From the human T2T-CHM13v2.0 reference genome, Homo sapiens: a stretch of DNA of 64,000 nucleotides. Position 1 is the stretch's first letter; every line of letters starts with the position of its first letter. The position numbers were made by a program, and so were the translations under genes. Of this stretch, positions 38,977 through 52,309 are shown piece after piece. The stretch is from assembly GCF_009914755.1 (NCBI RefSeq), contig NC_060936.1. One strand, written 5' to 3'. The notes below the pieces were generated by a model, which was not told the origin of the DNA, ran no database searches, and saw nothing but the letters and a program-made list of their open reading frames with translations.

Positions 38977-40262
38977 CAATCATGCATCACATAATGACAT
39001 TTTGGTCAACAATGGGCCACATAAACAATGGAGGTCCTATAAGATCATAATGGAGCTGAAAATTTTTTCACCTTGTGATAACTGTTATAATGTCCTAGAT
39101 CAATGCATTACTCAGTTTGTAATGATGCTGTTTGTAGTGATGCTGGTGTAAACAAACTTACTGTGTTGCCAGTCTTATAAAAGCGTAGCACATACAATAA
39201 TGTACAATACATAATACTTAATAATAACAATAAATGACAATGTTATTGGTTTATGTATCTACTATACCATATTTATCATTGTTTTAGTGTGTACTCCTTC
39301 TGCTTAAAAAAATTTAACTGTAAAACAGCCTCAGGGAGGTCCTTCAGGAGGTATTCCAGAAGAAGACATTGATATTACAGGAGATGGTAGCTTCATGCGG
39401 GTTACTGCCCCTGAAGACCTTCCAGTGGGACAAGATATGGAGGCTGCAGACAGTGATACTGATGATCCTGACCCCGTCTAGGCCTAGGCCTAATGTGTAT
39501 GTTTGTGTCATAGTTTTTAACAAAAACTTTAAAAGTAAAAAATGTATTTAAAATTTTAAAAATAGAAAAAAGCTTATAGAATAAGAATTAAGAACATCCC
39601 ATGTACCCCATAAATATCTACTATGTATGCATAAAAATTAAAAATTAAAAAAGTTTAAAGGGAAAGAAAATATTTTTGTACAGCTGTAAAATGCATTTTA
39701 AGTAAAGTGTTATTACCAGAGTCAAAAGTTTAAAAGAAAAAAAAAAAGCCTATAAAGTAAAAAAGTTTTAGTAAGCTAGGGTTAATTTATTATTGGAGAA
39801 AGAATATTTTTAATAAATTTAGTGTAGCCTAAATGTACAGCATTTATAAAATCTACAGTGCCATATAATAATGTCCTAAATCTTCACCTTCTCTCATTAC
39901 TCACTAACTGACTCACCCAGAGCAACTTCCAATCCTGCAATCTCCATTCATGGTGAAGTGCTCTGTACAGGTGGGCCATGTTTTGTCTTTTCTACAGTAT
40001 TTTAACTCTACCTTTTCCATATTTTAATATTTTAAATTCACTTGTACTTACCATTATGTTACAATTGCCCACAGCATTCAGTACAGTAACATGATGTACA
40101 TGTGTGTAGCCTAGGAGCAACAGACTATACCATATAGCCTCGGTGTGTAGTCGGCTTTACTATCGAAGTTTGTGAAATTACACTCTGTGATGTCACATGA
40201 CAAAATCGCCTAACAGCGCATTTTTTCAGAACATATCTCCATCGTTAAGAGATATAAGACTG
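38977..40262. mobile_element. Tigger3b (TcMar-Tigger), near full length, with a small L1MA 3' tip at ~39590-39660
   Basis: TA|caatcatgcatcacataatgac...aacagcctcagggaggtccttcaggaggtattccagaagaag...tgaagaccttccagtgggacaagat...catcgttaagagatataagactg|TA. Confidence 0.9.
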
Positions 40263-40693
40263 TATATGCTACCATCGGGTAATGAAAGAGGAGTCACAAG
40301 ATGAGAAAAAGAAAAATATGCTACATTTTTAGTATAATCTCCTAATATAATTTAATGAGATTGTCACTAGGAGGTTACTCATTTTATGAGGTGCAAGAAT
40401 TAATTTTGGAAAGTAGAGGCACCACATGAATAAGTTAAACTATACTATGCCTAAGGAAAACTAAGAAAACATCATTTATTCATTCATTGAATATTTATTG
40501 AACATCTACAATGTATCAGATCAGACTATTTTTTTACTTTTGAAGACATATTAGTGGATAAAGGTGACAAAAATCCTTGCCTACTGGGAACCTACATTCT
40601 AGTAAGCATGAGAGTACTGAGCTATTTATTGTAAGAGCGGAGAAGACGCAGCACCAAGAGGCCCAGGGGAGGCTCGGGGAAAAAAAAGAGATG

Positions 40694-40901
40694 CCAGCCT
40701 GGCCAACATGGCAAAACCCCATGTCTACTAAAAATACAAAAATTAGCCAGGTGCAATGGTGCACGCCTGTAGAACCAACTACTCCAGAAGCTGAGGCATG
40801 GGAATTGCTTGAGCCTGAGAGACAGAGGTTGCACTGAGCTGAGATGGTACCACTGCACTCCAGCCTGGATGACAGAGCAAGACTCTCTCAACAAAAAAAA
40901 A
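40694..40901 (+). mobile_element. 5'-truncated AluS with TSD
   Basis: Starts at ccagcctggccaacatgg; TSD aaaaaaagagatg on both sides. Confidence 0.9.
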
Positions 40902-41304
40902 GAGATGCAAAACATAAAACTCCCTTACCTGGCCACTTTACTTACAGTTGAATGTTACCCCTCATTTTCAAGATCAAGTCTACTGTCTTAATATATTTGC
41001 TAAATCTGTTAACAATACACTGTATCCTCTTGGGAGAACTCACACTTCTTGCATCTGGAGGGGAACACTGATGGGGCGTAAGACTAATAATACTGGAATA
41101 GGAGATGTGGTTTCATTGCGACCTGACAAGAAGTGAAAGCCTTCCTCATGCTGCAGCTGTGATAGGAGGCTACTCATTGAGTCAGTAGTACAGACGCCAA
41201 GCCACCTTGGCCTCTTTCCACTCTGAGGTTATATCTAATAAGGTCCAATCCCACTACCTCCTTGTCTTGACTTGCTTGGAACGGTATGGAGACGTTAACA
41301 CACC

Positions 41305-41889
41305 TGTATCCATTTTCTGTTGTTGCCATAACAAATTAACACAAACTTAGTGACTTAAAACAACATAAACTTATTATCTTCCATTTCTCAAGTACAATAA
41401 AGGTCTCACCAGACTAATATCAAGCTGTCAGCAGGCTGCATTCCTTTCTGGAGGCTCTAGAGGTGAATCCATTTCTTGCTTATTTATGTTGCTGACAAAA
41501 TTAAGGTCCTTATGGTTGAATAGTGGAGGTAACCATTTTCCTGCTGGCCCTAAGGTAAAGGCCTTTCGCAGCTTTTAAAGGCCACCGCATTCCTTGGCTC
41601 ATGGCCCCTTTCTTCTGCCTTCAAAGCCAGCAACAGCGGATGGAGTCCATGTCATGCTTCACATTTTTCTTCTTTCTCTTTCTGTCTTATCTCTCTGACC
41701 CAACCAGGGAAAGGTTCACTGCTTTGATGGACTCATGATTAGAGGGCATATCTAGATAATCTAGGAAGATCTCCCATCTCAATACCCCTACTCTTGATCA
41801 CAACCTGTGTCATATAAGGTAATATATTCACAATTTCTGAATATTAGGACATGGACATATTTGGGGGGACCGTTATTCCGCCTGCCACA
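41305..41889 (-). mobile_element. MaLR solo LTR (MLT1E-like)
   Basis: gttgccataacaaatt..cacaaacttagtgacttaaaacaaca...tctggaggctctagaggtgaatccattt...ggacatggacatatttgggggg..attccgcctgccaca. Confidence 0.85.
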
Positions 41890-42571
41890 CAGCCCTAGTG
41901 ACTTGACTCTATGGTGGTCCTTCAGCATGAAAGTTGTCCTGGCTATTTGTAGAAGGTAAAATTGGTTATAATCTCTTACTATTAAATATTTCCTTAAAAT
42001 CTTAACATGAAATAGTAGTCTAATTCCTGATGCTAATCTAAACTAATAACCATAATAATTGGGCTATATATCTATCTACTCAGAGTTATGAATAAATCCA
42101 GGAGCCATTTCCTACCATCAAATTCTTATTCATTTATCTGTTAAAGTTTACCTGAAGAAACAGAAATATGTATTCTATATATAGTTTGGGTTAACCTTTA
42201 TTCAACACTCCTGGGAACTTTCTATTGCAATGGAATCCATTTAGTATGCAGCCTTAGAAAAGGCACCTTTGATAGAAAGGCAGATACAGAGACACCGAAG
42301 TGTTCATCTTAATGATTAACCAAATTATATTTTGCTGTCTTTCCATTTGCACAATGAATGCTATTCACATAGAAAATTCTGTGTTATCCAAATGAACACC
42401 AGGTGGTTTGATGTATCAACTGTTATGGTTAATAGAGACATACAACATACAAATTTCCTATAATCAAAAACCTTTAAGAGCAAAGCTTAATCATTGTTCA
42501 TGATATAGATATTTCTAAAAATGAATCAAAATATAAAGAAAGCCAATGGTTTTTGCTATGTAAGGGTGGCT

Positions 42572-42573
<2 letters not shown>

Positions 42574-42604
<31 letters not shown>

Positions 42605-42617
42605 CATACACACACAC
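42574..42617. repeat. (CA)n microsatellite
   Basis: Directly visible. Confidence 0.95.
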
Positions 42618-42779
42618 AAAATAGATTGGATAATCCTAATATTTAAGATTAAGAAAAGGAAAGCAACTTGTAGAAAAACAATGAGAGCTATTATTTGTTG
42701 TTCACTTACATTGTTTCTTAGACAATGGTAGGTGCTTAATATATATTAATACATTGCTTACGAGAGCTGTGTAATTTAT

Positions 42780-42910
42780 GTGTCATGATCATTTTAGAGA
42801 TGAGAAAACTGAGGCTCAGGGGGAAATTTCTAAGCTGATTTAAGGTTAAGTAACTAACAAATGACAGCGCTGGAATTTTACATCTGAATCTGAGTTCATT
42901 TTTTAAATGC
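42780..42910 (-). mobile_element. MIR
   Basis: cattttagagatgagaaaactgaggctcagggg...aaggttaagtaactaacaaatgacagcgctggaattt. Confidence 0.8.
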
Positions 42911-44842
42911 ACTAAAAACTTTACCCAACAATTGTAAACACTATTATTTTTTACATGATGAAGACAAAGATATTTATATTTTGTGGAATTTTGGAACACA
43001 TAGACAGAGCTATTTTGCCATAGTGTATCACTGTACATATACACAAAAAAGTTTGAGCCTATTTAAAACCTGTAGTTGCCATTCCACAAACCCACTTGGT
43101 TTTGAATAATTAAAAAAACAAAAACACAGTTGTGCCAATAAACAACTTACCTGTTTTCTTATTAATGTATTGCCAGTATAACATTAAAAGGGAACCCAGA
43201 GGCAACTTGTCAGCCAAGAACAATGAAAAGAGGATAAAAGAAAAAATATACACCACTCAAATCTGTTGGACTTCGGTTTTCAAATTTCCTCCAGAACCAT
43301 ACCACTTGGTGGATTCAACAGAAAGAATGCAAAATCTTAAGCTAGTTATCCACATAAAAATGTTTCTGTTCAATATCATTAAATGTTTCATTTTCTTCAT
43401 ATGTAATTTTTAAGTAACTTATATGACTGAATTGCATTCCCTCATAAGTGCTATTAAGGTACACTTTAGTTCACTATGTATTAATCCATCTGCAAACCTG
43501 TCACAAATTGTGGTCAGTAATAGCTTCCAAATGAGCATGGTTTTCATATAATCCTCAGAACTTCCAATACCTATTACTGTAGGAATACCACTAACAATCT
43601 TCACAGTAAGTCTTCTATTGAATTTGTACCATTTTATAAACTAGAGGTTCAGTTTCCATTGTCTATGTTTCTCTAAGGCATCAATATTAATTTTACTATT
43701 TTAACTGACAATATGAAGTCTTGTGCATATACTATTGAATGCTACATATAATATTACTTTAGATAGCTGTTGTTGCTATATTTTAACACTATGCTCCCTC
43801 AAGATTAAAATCACACAGCCTTGTTTTTCCTCCAAGGAATTTAGTTCCAAAAACCAGTCATAGTACAAGCATTTTCTGCAAGCTATTTTCATATTGAGTA
43901 TAAGCTTTGCATGAAATCAGAAAGTATTACACAACTTATGTGTTTTACTAAGAAAAAGCTCGTTAAGGTGATACACCTCACTTCCAGGAAAAAACCTGAG
44001 CACAGAACATCAGTCCAAACGTCAACAATATTAATATGAGTAGTAAACAGGAAAAGGAATTTCCAAATTACAAAAATCAAATATTCAGCAACCTATTGCA
44101 GACTAGGATTCTGTGAATAAACAATGACGGATTATAGCAGAGAGCCTCTTGGCTCTCATTTTCCTGCCTTGTCTTACCAATGAAAATACCAAAACAATGT
44201 TGAAAAAATGTGCACTTGAAAACTCCAAATCATAATCAGTATTGAAACTAAAATATGTGTGACAGTATCTGGGCACAGGCCCAGAGTCCCATATATTATA
44301 AGCTTCTTTATATTTATTCTTAGCATGTGTTCATATCATAAAAAGCATCAAGTGTGGTCAATTTTTAAAATCATATGGTTTCACTAGCCAAGAAGAACTG
44401 TGTATGCTGATAAAAATTCTGTGTGTGTGTGTGTGTTGTGTGTGTGTGTTTACTGATTAGTAGGGGTAGAACTAAAACTGAGTTCTGTACATATATTTCA
44501 CCTCAAAAGTAATATTTACACCTGTACTCAGCCTTATCATCCACAAAATAATAAAAGAAAAGTGGTTTTTACTTGCATGTCAGCTGCAGAACACACCAAC
44601 AGCCTCCAGAGCCATACCACTTTATAAAAAAGCTGGTTACAATTATTAATATCAATGTAATCTTGAAAGCACCAGTGCATGTAGGAAAAGCTGTAGATAA
44701 ACCCTGTCATTTCTGTGTGATTAGGAACAGTAATTTTTTCAAAGTGAAAGAATTAGTAACTGAGAATTAGTAACTGAAAAGTAAAAAACAGAATTCCCCA
44801 TTCAAATAAAAGGCTGGATAACACTGTTTTTTGCTGAAACAG

Positions 44843-44844
<2 letters not shown>

Positions 44845-44880
<36 letters not shown>

Positions 44881-46450
44881 ATAGTAGGGTATATATATTT
44901 ATGGGGTATATGAGATATTTGGTATCAGCATGCAATGCATGATAATCACATTCAGATAAATAGAGTATCCATCACCTCAAGCATTTATCCTTTGTATTAC
45001 AAACAATCCAATTATACTCTTTTAGTTATTCTTAAGTGTCCTTTTAAGTGTCCAGTTAAATTATTTTTTACCATCCACCCTGTTGTGCTAACAAACGCTA
45101 GGTCTTATTCATTCTTTCTAACAATTTTTTGTACCCATTAACCATCCTCACTTCCCCCACTTCCCCCCACCACCCTCACTACTCTTCCCAGCTACTGGTA
45201 ACCATCCTTCTACTCTCTATTTCAATGAGTTCAATTATTTTCATTTTTAGTTTCCACAAATAAGTGAGAGAACAAGCAATGTTTGTTTGTTTGTTTCTGT
45301 GTCTGGCTTATTTCACTTAACATAATGACTTCCAGTTCCATCCATGTTGTTGCAAATAACAGGATCTCATTCTTTTTATGGCTGAATAGTACTTCATTGT
45401 GTATGTGTACCACATTTTCTTTATCCATTCATCTATTGATGAACACAGGTTGCTTTCAAATCATGGCTATGTTGAATAGTGCTGTAATAAACAAGGGAAT
45501 GCAGATATATTTTCAACCTACTGATTTCCTTTCTTTTGGACATATATTCAGCAGTGGGATTGCTGGCTTATATGTTAGCTCTATTTTCAGTTTCTTAAGG
45601 AACCTCCAACCTGCTCTCTATAGTGGTTGTACTAATTTACATTCCTACCAACAGTGTAGAGGGTTCCCTTTTCTCCACATCCTCCTCAGCATTTGTTATT
45701 GCTTGTCTTTTGGATAAAAGCCATTTTAACTGGGATGAGATAATATTTCATTGTAGTTTTGATATGCATTTATCTGAAGATCAGTGATGTTGAGCACCTT
45801 TTCATATGCCTGTTTGTCATTTGTATGTCTTCCTTTGAAAAATGTCTATTCAAATCCTTTGCTCATTTTTTAATTGGGTTATTTGATTTTTTCCTATAGA
45901 GTTGTTTGAGCTATTTATGTATTCTGGTTATTAATCCCTTGTCAGAGGGGTAGTTTGCAAATATTTTCTCCCATTCTTTGGGTTGTATCTTCACTTTGTT
46001 GATTGTTTCCTTTGCTGTGCAGAAGCTTTCTAACTTGATGTGATCCCATTTGTTCATTTTTGCTTTGGTTGCCTGTGCCTGTGGGGTATTACTCAAGAAA
46101 TGTTTGTCCAGTCCCATGTCCTGGAGAGTTTCCCCTATGTTTTCTTTTAGTAGTTTCAATGTTTGAGGTCTTAGATTTAAGTCTTTAATCCACTTTTATT
46201 TGGTTTTTGTGTATGAAGAGAGATAGAGGTAAGTTTCATTATTCTGCATATGGATATCCAGTTTTCTCAGCACCACTTATTGAAGAGAAGGTCCTTTCTC
46301 CAATGTATATTCTTGGCACCTCTGTCAAAAAATGAGTTCACTGTAGATGTATGGATTTATCTCTGGGTTATCTTTTCTGTTCCACTGATCTATGTCTGTT
46401 TTTATGGCAGTACCATGCCATTTTAGTTACTATACTTCTGTAGCATAGTA
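44845..46450 (-). mobile_element. 5'-truncated L1MA1/2-like LINE-1 with (TG)n at its tail
   Basis: gtacatagtagggtatatatatttatggggtatatgagat...tccatcacctcaagcatttatcc; the ORF2 remnant 45911-46159 translates [42 protein letters not shown]. Confidence 0.93.
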
Positions 46451-49400
46451 GCCCAATTTTTCAATGGTAAAGTATCAGACAGAATTTCACTCTCCTTACA
46501 ATATCAAAATGAACTTTCAAGAAATATTCAGGTGACTTTTAAATATCCAGATATCATTGAAAAAACTAATAAAACATCAGACTTCACAATTAGATTTGCA
46601 TTTGTATATTATTTGTTTACTGCATTTATTTCAACTTGAGTATGTGTCTATTACTTTCCTTTTCTTTCCTTTTAATAATTTTTGTTTTTACTTTTTTTTT
46701 CAGATTCTTCTAAAAAAAGGAAAATTCTTAGTGTCAGATCTTCATGTCCACAAACTGCATTCCACAATTCCACAATAATGCAATTCTGTAGTCACTGGAC
46801 TACAATTCCTTTTACCAAAAAAAAAATTAAATAAAAATTTTAAAAAAAGCTTATTTACCTTCCTCACTTTGAAAATACAAACTCTAACACAAATCAGAAC
46901 AGATCTCTATTTTTTAAATACAGGAAATGTTGTGATGAATGTTCTTATAGATATGAAAGGCATGAACTAGCTATACAAAGTTAATCTTCAAGAAAGTTTA
47001 AACTACAAATACCCCCACATAAGGTGACTTTCGCTCTCTGTGAACCTCTGTTCAGTTCCTATAGCACACCCTCAGCTACCTAGGCAAATCAACCACATTA
47101 GTGTCTTGAGGATGGAGTTCTGAGAGAACAAGATGAGATGGTATTCATTCTCTTTTTATAACTCACCTCTGCTCTCTTTTGAAATGCTAAACATTAGAAA
47201 AGTTAAGCTATTTTTTCTGCTGGTATCCAAAGAACAATTAGCAAATCTTCTACCTGTCTCTTTGAAATAGGTCTTACAATAGTTAAGCAAGGGGCTCATC
47301 TATCATGCCAGTCAAATCATCAGAGGGGCTCACATTCTATTAGAACATGACAATGGAAAATTTACAAAATATTATTCAAAATTTACAAATATAATTCAAA
47401 AAACCAATTTAGAAGATTTCTCCTTTACCAAGCCTAAAATTATTTTTGACTTCATATAAAGGATTCAGATGTCTTGTACTACTTGGCCATTGTCAAGAAT
47501 CACTGGGAAATAAGAACAAACAGACTACATGATTACATCCATCAGAAATATTTATAATCATAGACAATCATTTAAAAGTAGAAACTATGAATTCATACTA
47601 ACTGAATGCATCAGTGTTACCAACATCAATGCCAACACAAATAGAAAGATGTGACTCCTAAACTATGAGGTCTGAATGTCACAAATTTTCTCCATGTTCT
47701 TAAAGTTTCCTGTGTGGGGACATCATAAAGCATATCCTCTCTAGAAATAAAGAAAGCCAGCTTGAAAACCTCAATCACAAAAGCAGAGCAATTTTTGTGC
47801 TGCAATTTCCACAGAGAGGATTTATTTATGTGATCTATGGAAGCCATCATTAAATGGCTTCTGGGCTCCACACTAGTCTGTAGTTCTCCAGGCTGACTCC
47901 TTTCTCACTGCTCCATGGCAGCCTATTAACCTTTTTAGTTTATCTGTGACCCTAACAGCAAATCCCTAATGGCATAGGGGCAGGAAAGAATCAAAACAGA
48001 GGTTTCTTTAAAGGTGTGTTTTGTTTATTTTCTGGAAATCACTAATCTGATGCTCTTACTATGAGTCCAAGGGGACAGGGATGGCATCTAATCCTCTGCC
48101 CTATACACACCACATAATGAATTACCAAAATTAAGAGCATGCTGAACTACAGCTTTCTAGGGCTTAAGGTACTTCCTGGATAGATAGCTACTTTCAGATG
48201 CTACGTACACCAGGAGTACAGTCAAACTGTATTTCAATAGCATGAACAACTCCCAATGGTACATGAAAAATGGACAAGAAATGCCTTAAACCTTATAATA
48301 ACACTAGCTAACAAAGGTTGAGCAGTTCAAAAGAACCAGAAAACATATAAGTTCCTTACATACATAGAGTCCAAGTGCTCGTTTTTTATACTTGAAAAAA
48401 GAAAACACATAATATATTGTTACATAGGACTCAACTGTCCCCTTTGGTTGTTTGAATTTTAGTTCCTTCACATGACAAGAACAACACAATAGTGACCAAG
48501 CACACTGCTTCACTTCAATGTGCATAATCATGGCATGCACCATTAACACTAAAAAGATTTGCTAACCCACTTTAAAATAACACTTTTATTTAGATTAAAT
48601 ACGATGTTTGCTATAGCCAATGTATATATGTCAAGTTCTTCCTAAAATTTATAATGTTGCAAGGTGGCCTTACTTCCTGAAGACATTTATACACTTGCAT
48701 GCAAGTTTTGGGAGTAATATTAATTCATCCATTCATTCATTCCTCCCAGAGCTGCCTGAGACCAGCTCTCAGCAAGGAACTAGAGGAAATTCCAAAGACA
48801 CAGAAGGCAGTTTCCTCTTTAAGATATTTGTTTCTTGTGCTGCTTTATTTTTAGAACATTATTGGGGAATTTGAGGTTAAAAAATGTCTTGAATGAGGTG
48901 CAATAATAGCAATGGACTGCAGAGATATCTTAATCTCTTTCTAATACTGACACAATTGGCAACATTTTTAAGCAAACCTCAAGTAATACTATTTTTTCTA
49001 TACAGACAAGAAAAGTCTGTGTGTGTGTATGTGAGAGAGAATATGCTACAAAGCTCATGAGACACATAGTGAAAAACGGCATTAAAATATACCAGCTAAG
49101 AGCAATAACCATAAAAGCAATTATAGTCAACAACCTGATACTTCACTTTCCTTGGTTTAATTGAAACACAAAGACTTTTGTTAGCAGCTCTTTCCTAGGG
49201 AGTTTACATTGAGTGCTCCCTTACTGATGGAAGAAGTGGCATAGCTCTATTCTCTTGCCTCTGCTAGTAGTTAGGGCTACACCTAGAGTAAAAGAAAAAT
49301 CAATTGTAATTATCCAATGAGTTCAGAGTGATCTGATAACAAATTCAGAAATCATTTGCACTTCAAAAAAAATAGCATCCCAGCTTTCCACAGAAAAGCC

Positions 49401-49769
49401 TCCTAACTGCCTTGGACTCCGAATACTTTACCTAAAGGCTAAATAATCATGAATATCATATTAGTATATTATAAGCTGTCACTACACTCTTTCTTATTTA
49501 TTTTTTCTCTTTTCTGTTTTTCACGTTCATCATTGCAGGGGACAGTGTCTGGTTTATTATATTCTTATTGTTCAGCTTTTGGTTATAAAACATGAATGTT
49601 TCAGCTGCACCAAATTTCAGATAGAATTATCAAATCTGAACATACGAAATAAATTGGCACAACCCACCATCACTTAATGCCCTTACATTATTAATGTGAA
49701 GTTAAGTCCTGTTTAAGATGCAAACTGCAAATAATGCTACTTAAGTAAAAAGCAAAAGAAGTCTTTCAA

Positions 49770-50640
49770 CAAATAACGTATTAAACCTCTTGCAGACACA
49801 GTTCTGAGTACTGTGAATACAGTGATGAAGAGATTCTGTGGAGTTCCTCTCATGAAGCTGACAGCCTAGTGATCAGAGGGTATAAGTGCTACAGAAAGAC
49901 TAAATGCAACAATGTGATGGAAAGCAATAGAAAAGGCCTCTCTAGAAAGGTGGCATTTAGGCTGAAATCGGAATGCTAAGAAGGAACAGCTCTCGGACCC
50001 GGGAAGGTCAGCATGTGGCTAGAGCACAGGAAGCGGGGGTGAGAAAAGGATCACAAAATAAGCTCAAAGAGGAGACAGGTGAATGATCATGTAGGACTTT
50101 GTAAGCCTGAGTAAGGAGAGTGATTTTTCTTCTAGGTGAGATGGGAAGCTTTGAGGGAGTTCAAGCAGGAGAGCAACATGGTCTCATTCGCACTTTTAAA
50201 ACATTACTCCAAGCACTTTGGGAGGCCGAGACAGGAGGATTATTTGAGGCCAGGAGCTGGACACTAGCCTGGGCAACATAGGGTGACTCTGTCTTTACAA
50301 AATAAAAATTTTTCAAAAATTACTTCAACTTCTCCATGGAGGGATGTACTGTTGGGACATAATAATCCATGGGAGGACTCTAAAGAGAGTTGTAGACCTG
50401 AGCCATGATGTTAGAGGAGAGGAGACAATTTGAGATAGCTTTTGAATATTAGTTTAATCATACCTGGCTGACAGGATAAATGTGGAGAATAAGGCTAACT
50501 TCTAGATACTTGGCTTGAACAACTGGGTGGATGATAGTGTCATCCTGAGATGAAAAAGACTAGAAAAAGCAAACTTGTGAGGATAGGGGAAATACAGTTG
50601 TGTTTTGGCTGTGTTCTTTTTGAGATGCCTAGAACATTAG
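49770..50640 (-). mobile_element. L2, interrupted by an Alu monomer
   Basis: gttctgagtactgtgaatacagtgatgaa...ggcctctctagaaaggtggcatttaggctgaa...gatgggaagctttgagggagttcaagcagg...ttggcttgaacaactgggtggatg. Confidence 0.8.
50208..50320 (+). mobile_element. Alu left monomer (FLAM/AluJ) fragment
   Basis: agcactttgggaggccgagacaggaggattatttgaggccaggag...gcctgggcaacatag. Confidence 0.85.
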
Positions 50641-50902
50641 TTCTTGATGTTTTATTATGCAATACACTTCACTGCACTAATATTTATAAAAAATTAATAG
50701 CATATTCATAAGCAAGGCAACTAAACTTCTTACATTACATTTCAGGTACTATTTTTTCACACTCATTTTTCTCCAAGCATCCTGGCTTAGACAAAGTTGC
50801 ATATCCAGAGAAAGATAGGTAAAGTAAAATGTAAAATGGGCATGAGGACGAACATCCTTGAGCAAAAATCTTGCACCTTTTGTGTTAAAATAATCCATTC
50901 CT

Positions 50903-51517
<615 letters not shown>

Positions 51518-52036
51518 AATAATCCATTCCAAAGATCAAAATACCGAATGATCCAAATAAGATGGAGCAAAGTAAAGAAAGAAAACTGATACCCTGATCA
51601 ACTGAAAAAGTTTACTTTAATCCTAGGATGACTTATTCTTTTGCAATGAGAACTGTTTAGTTAGCTCTTAAATGATAGGGGAAGCCCATCAACCTAAAAA
51701 ATGTTCTTGTTCCCATCTAAAGCCAGTGAAACCTTTAAAATCTCTTCCAACTGAGCAGCACAGAGGACAGAGCAAGAGCTAAAACAAACTAATCCAAGAT
51801 ACTGCTTCTGATGGCAGGAAGTGCCATATCCAGTTTATAGTATCATGGAAAACAAAAGCAGGCAATACAGATCAGGGGACAGAGTAAGACAAAGAATAGA
51901 GACTGGAATCTGAAAAACATCCTACGGATATCCTAAATGTTCACCAGAAGATTTCACTATTACTTTGGTATTGTTCCCTTCTGTGTACCACACATTTTAC
52001 ATATCTTGTATTCCTCCATTTCATCTTTGCATTAAG

Positions 52037-52309
52037 CCTTTGAGGTAGATGTTATTATACTATAGGTAGGTGTTATTATCTTATCTATATATTATAGATA
52101 AGAAAACACCTTTGAGGTAGGTGTTATATTATAGGTAGGTGTTATTATCTTATCTATATATTATAGATAAGAAAACACCTTTGAGGTAGGTGTTATATTA
52201 TAGGTAGGTGTTATTATCTTATCTATATATTATAGATAAGAAAACACCTTTGAGGTAGGTGTTATAGGTAGGTGTTATTATCTTATCTATATATTATAGA
52301 TAAGAAAAC
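52037..52309. repeat. Minisatellite, 4 copies of a ~69-bp MIR-derived unit
   Basis: Units start at 52037, 52109, 52178 and 52247 (cctttgaggtaggtgtta...tcttatctatatattatagataagaaaaca); MIR sequence continues to ~52420. Confidence 0.95.

Noticed and set aside
44752-44779. Short tandem duplications and mini-hairpins (aattagtaactga x2; also 25548-25594, 47358-47402, 31470-31490, 44142-44159)
   Set aside because: Ordinary slippage products or chance stems in AT-rich DNA.
45231-46159. ORFs resembling reverse-transcriptase protein pieces (also 3175-3743, 60620-61219)
   Set aside because: Degenerate L1 ORF2/3'UTR remnants or their antisense; truncated and non-autonomous.
52037-52309. CRISPR-like array (regular repeats with internal palindromes)
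   Set aside because: The units are contiguous with no unique spacers, derive from a MIR, and there are no cas genes; this is a eukaryotic minisatellite.
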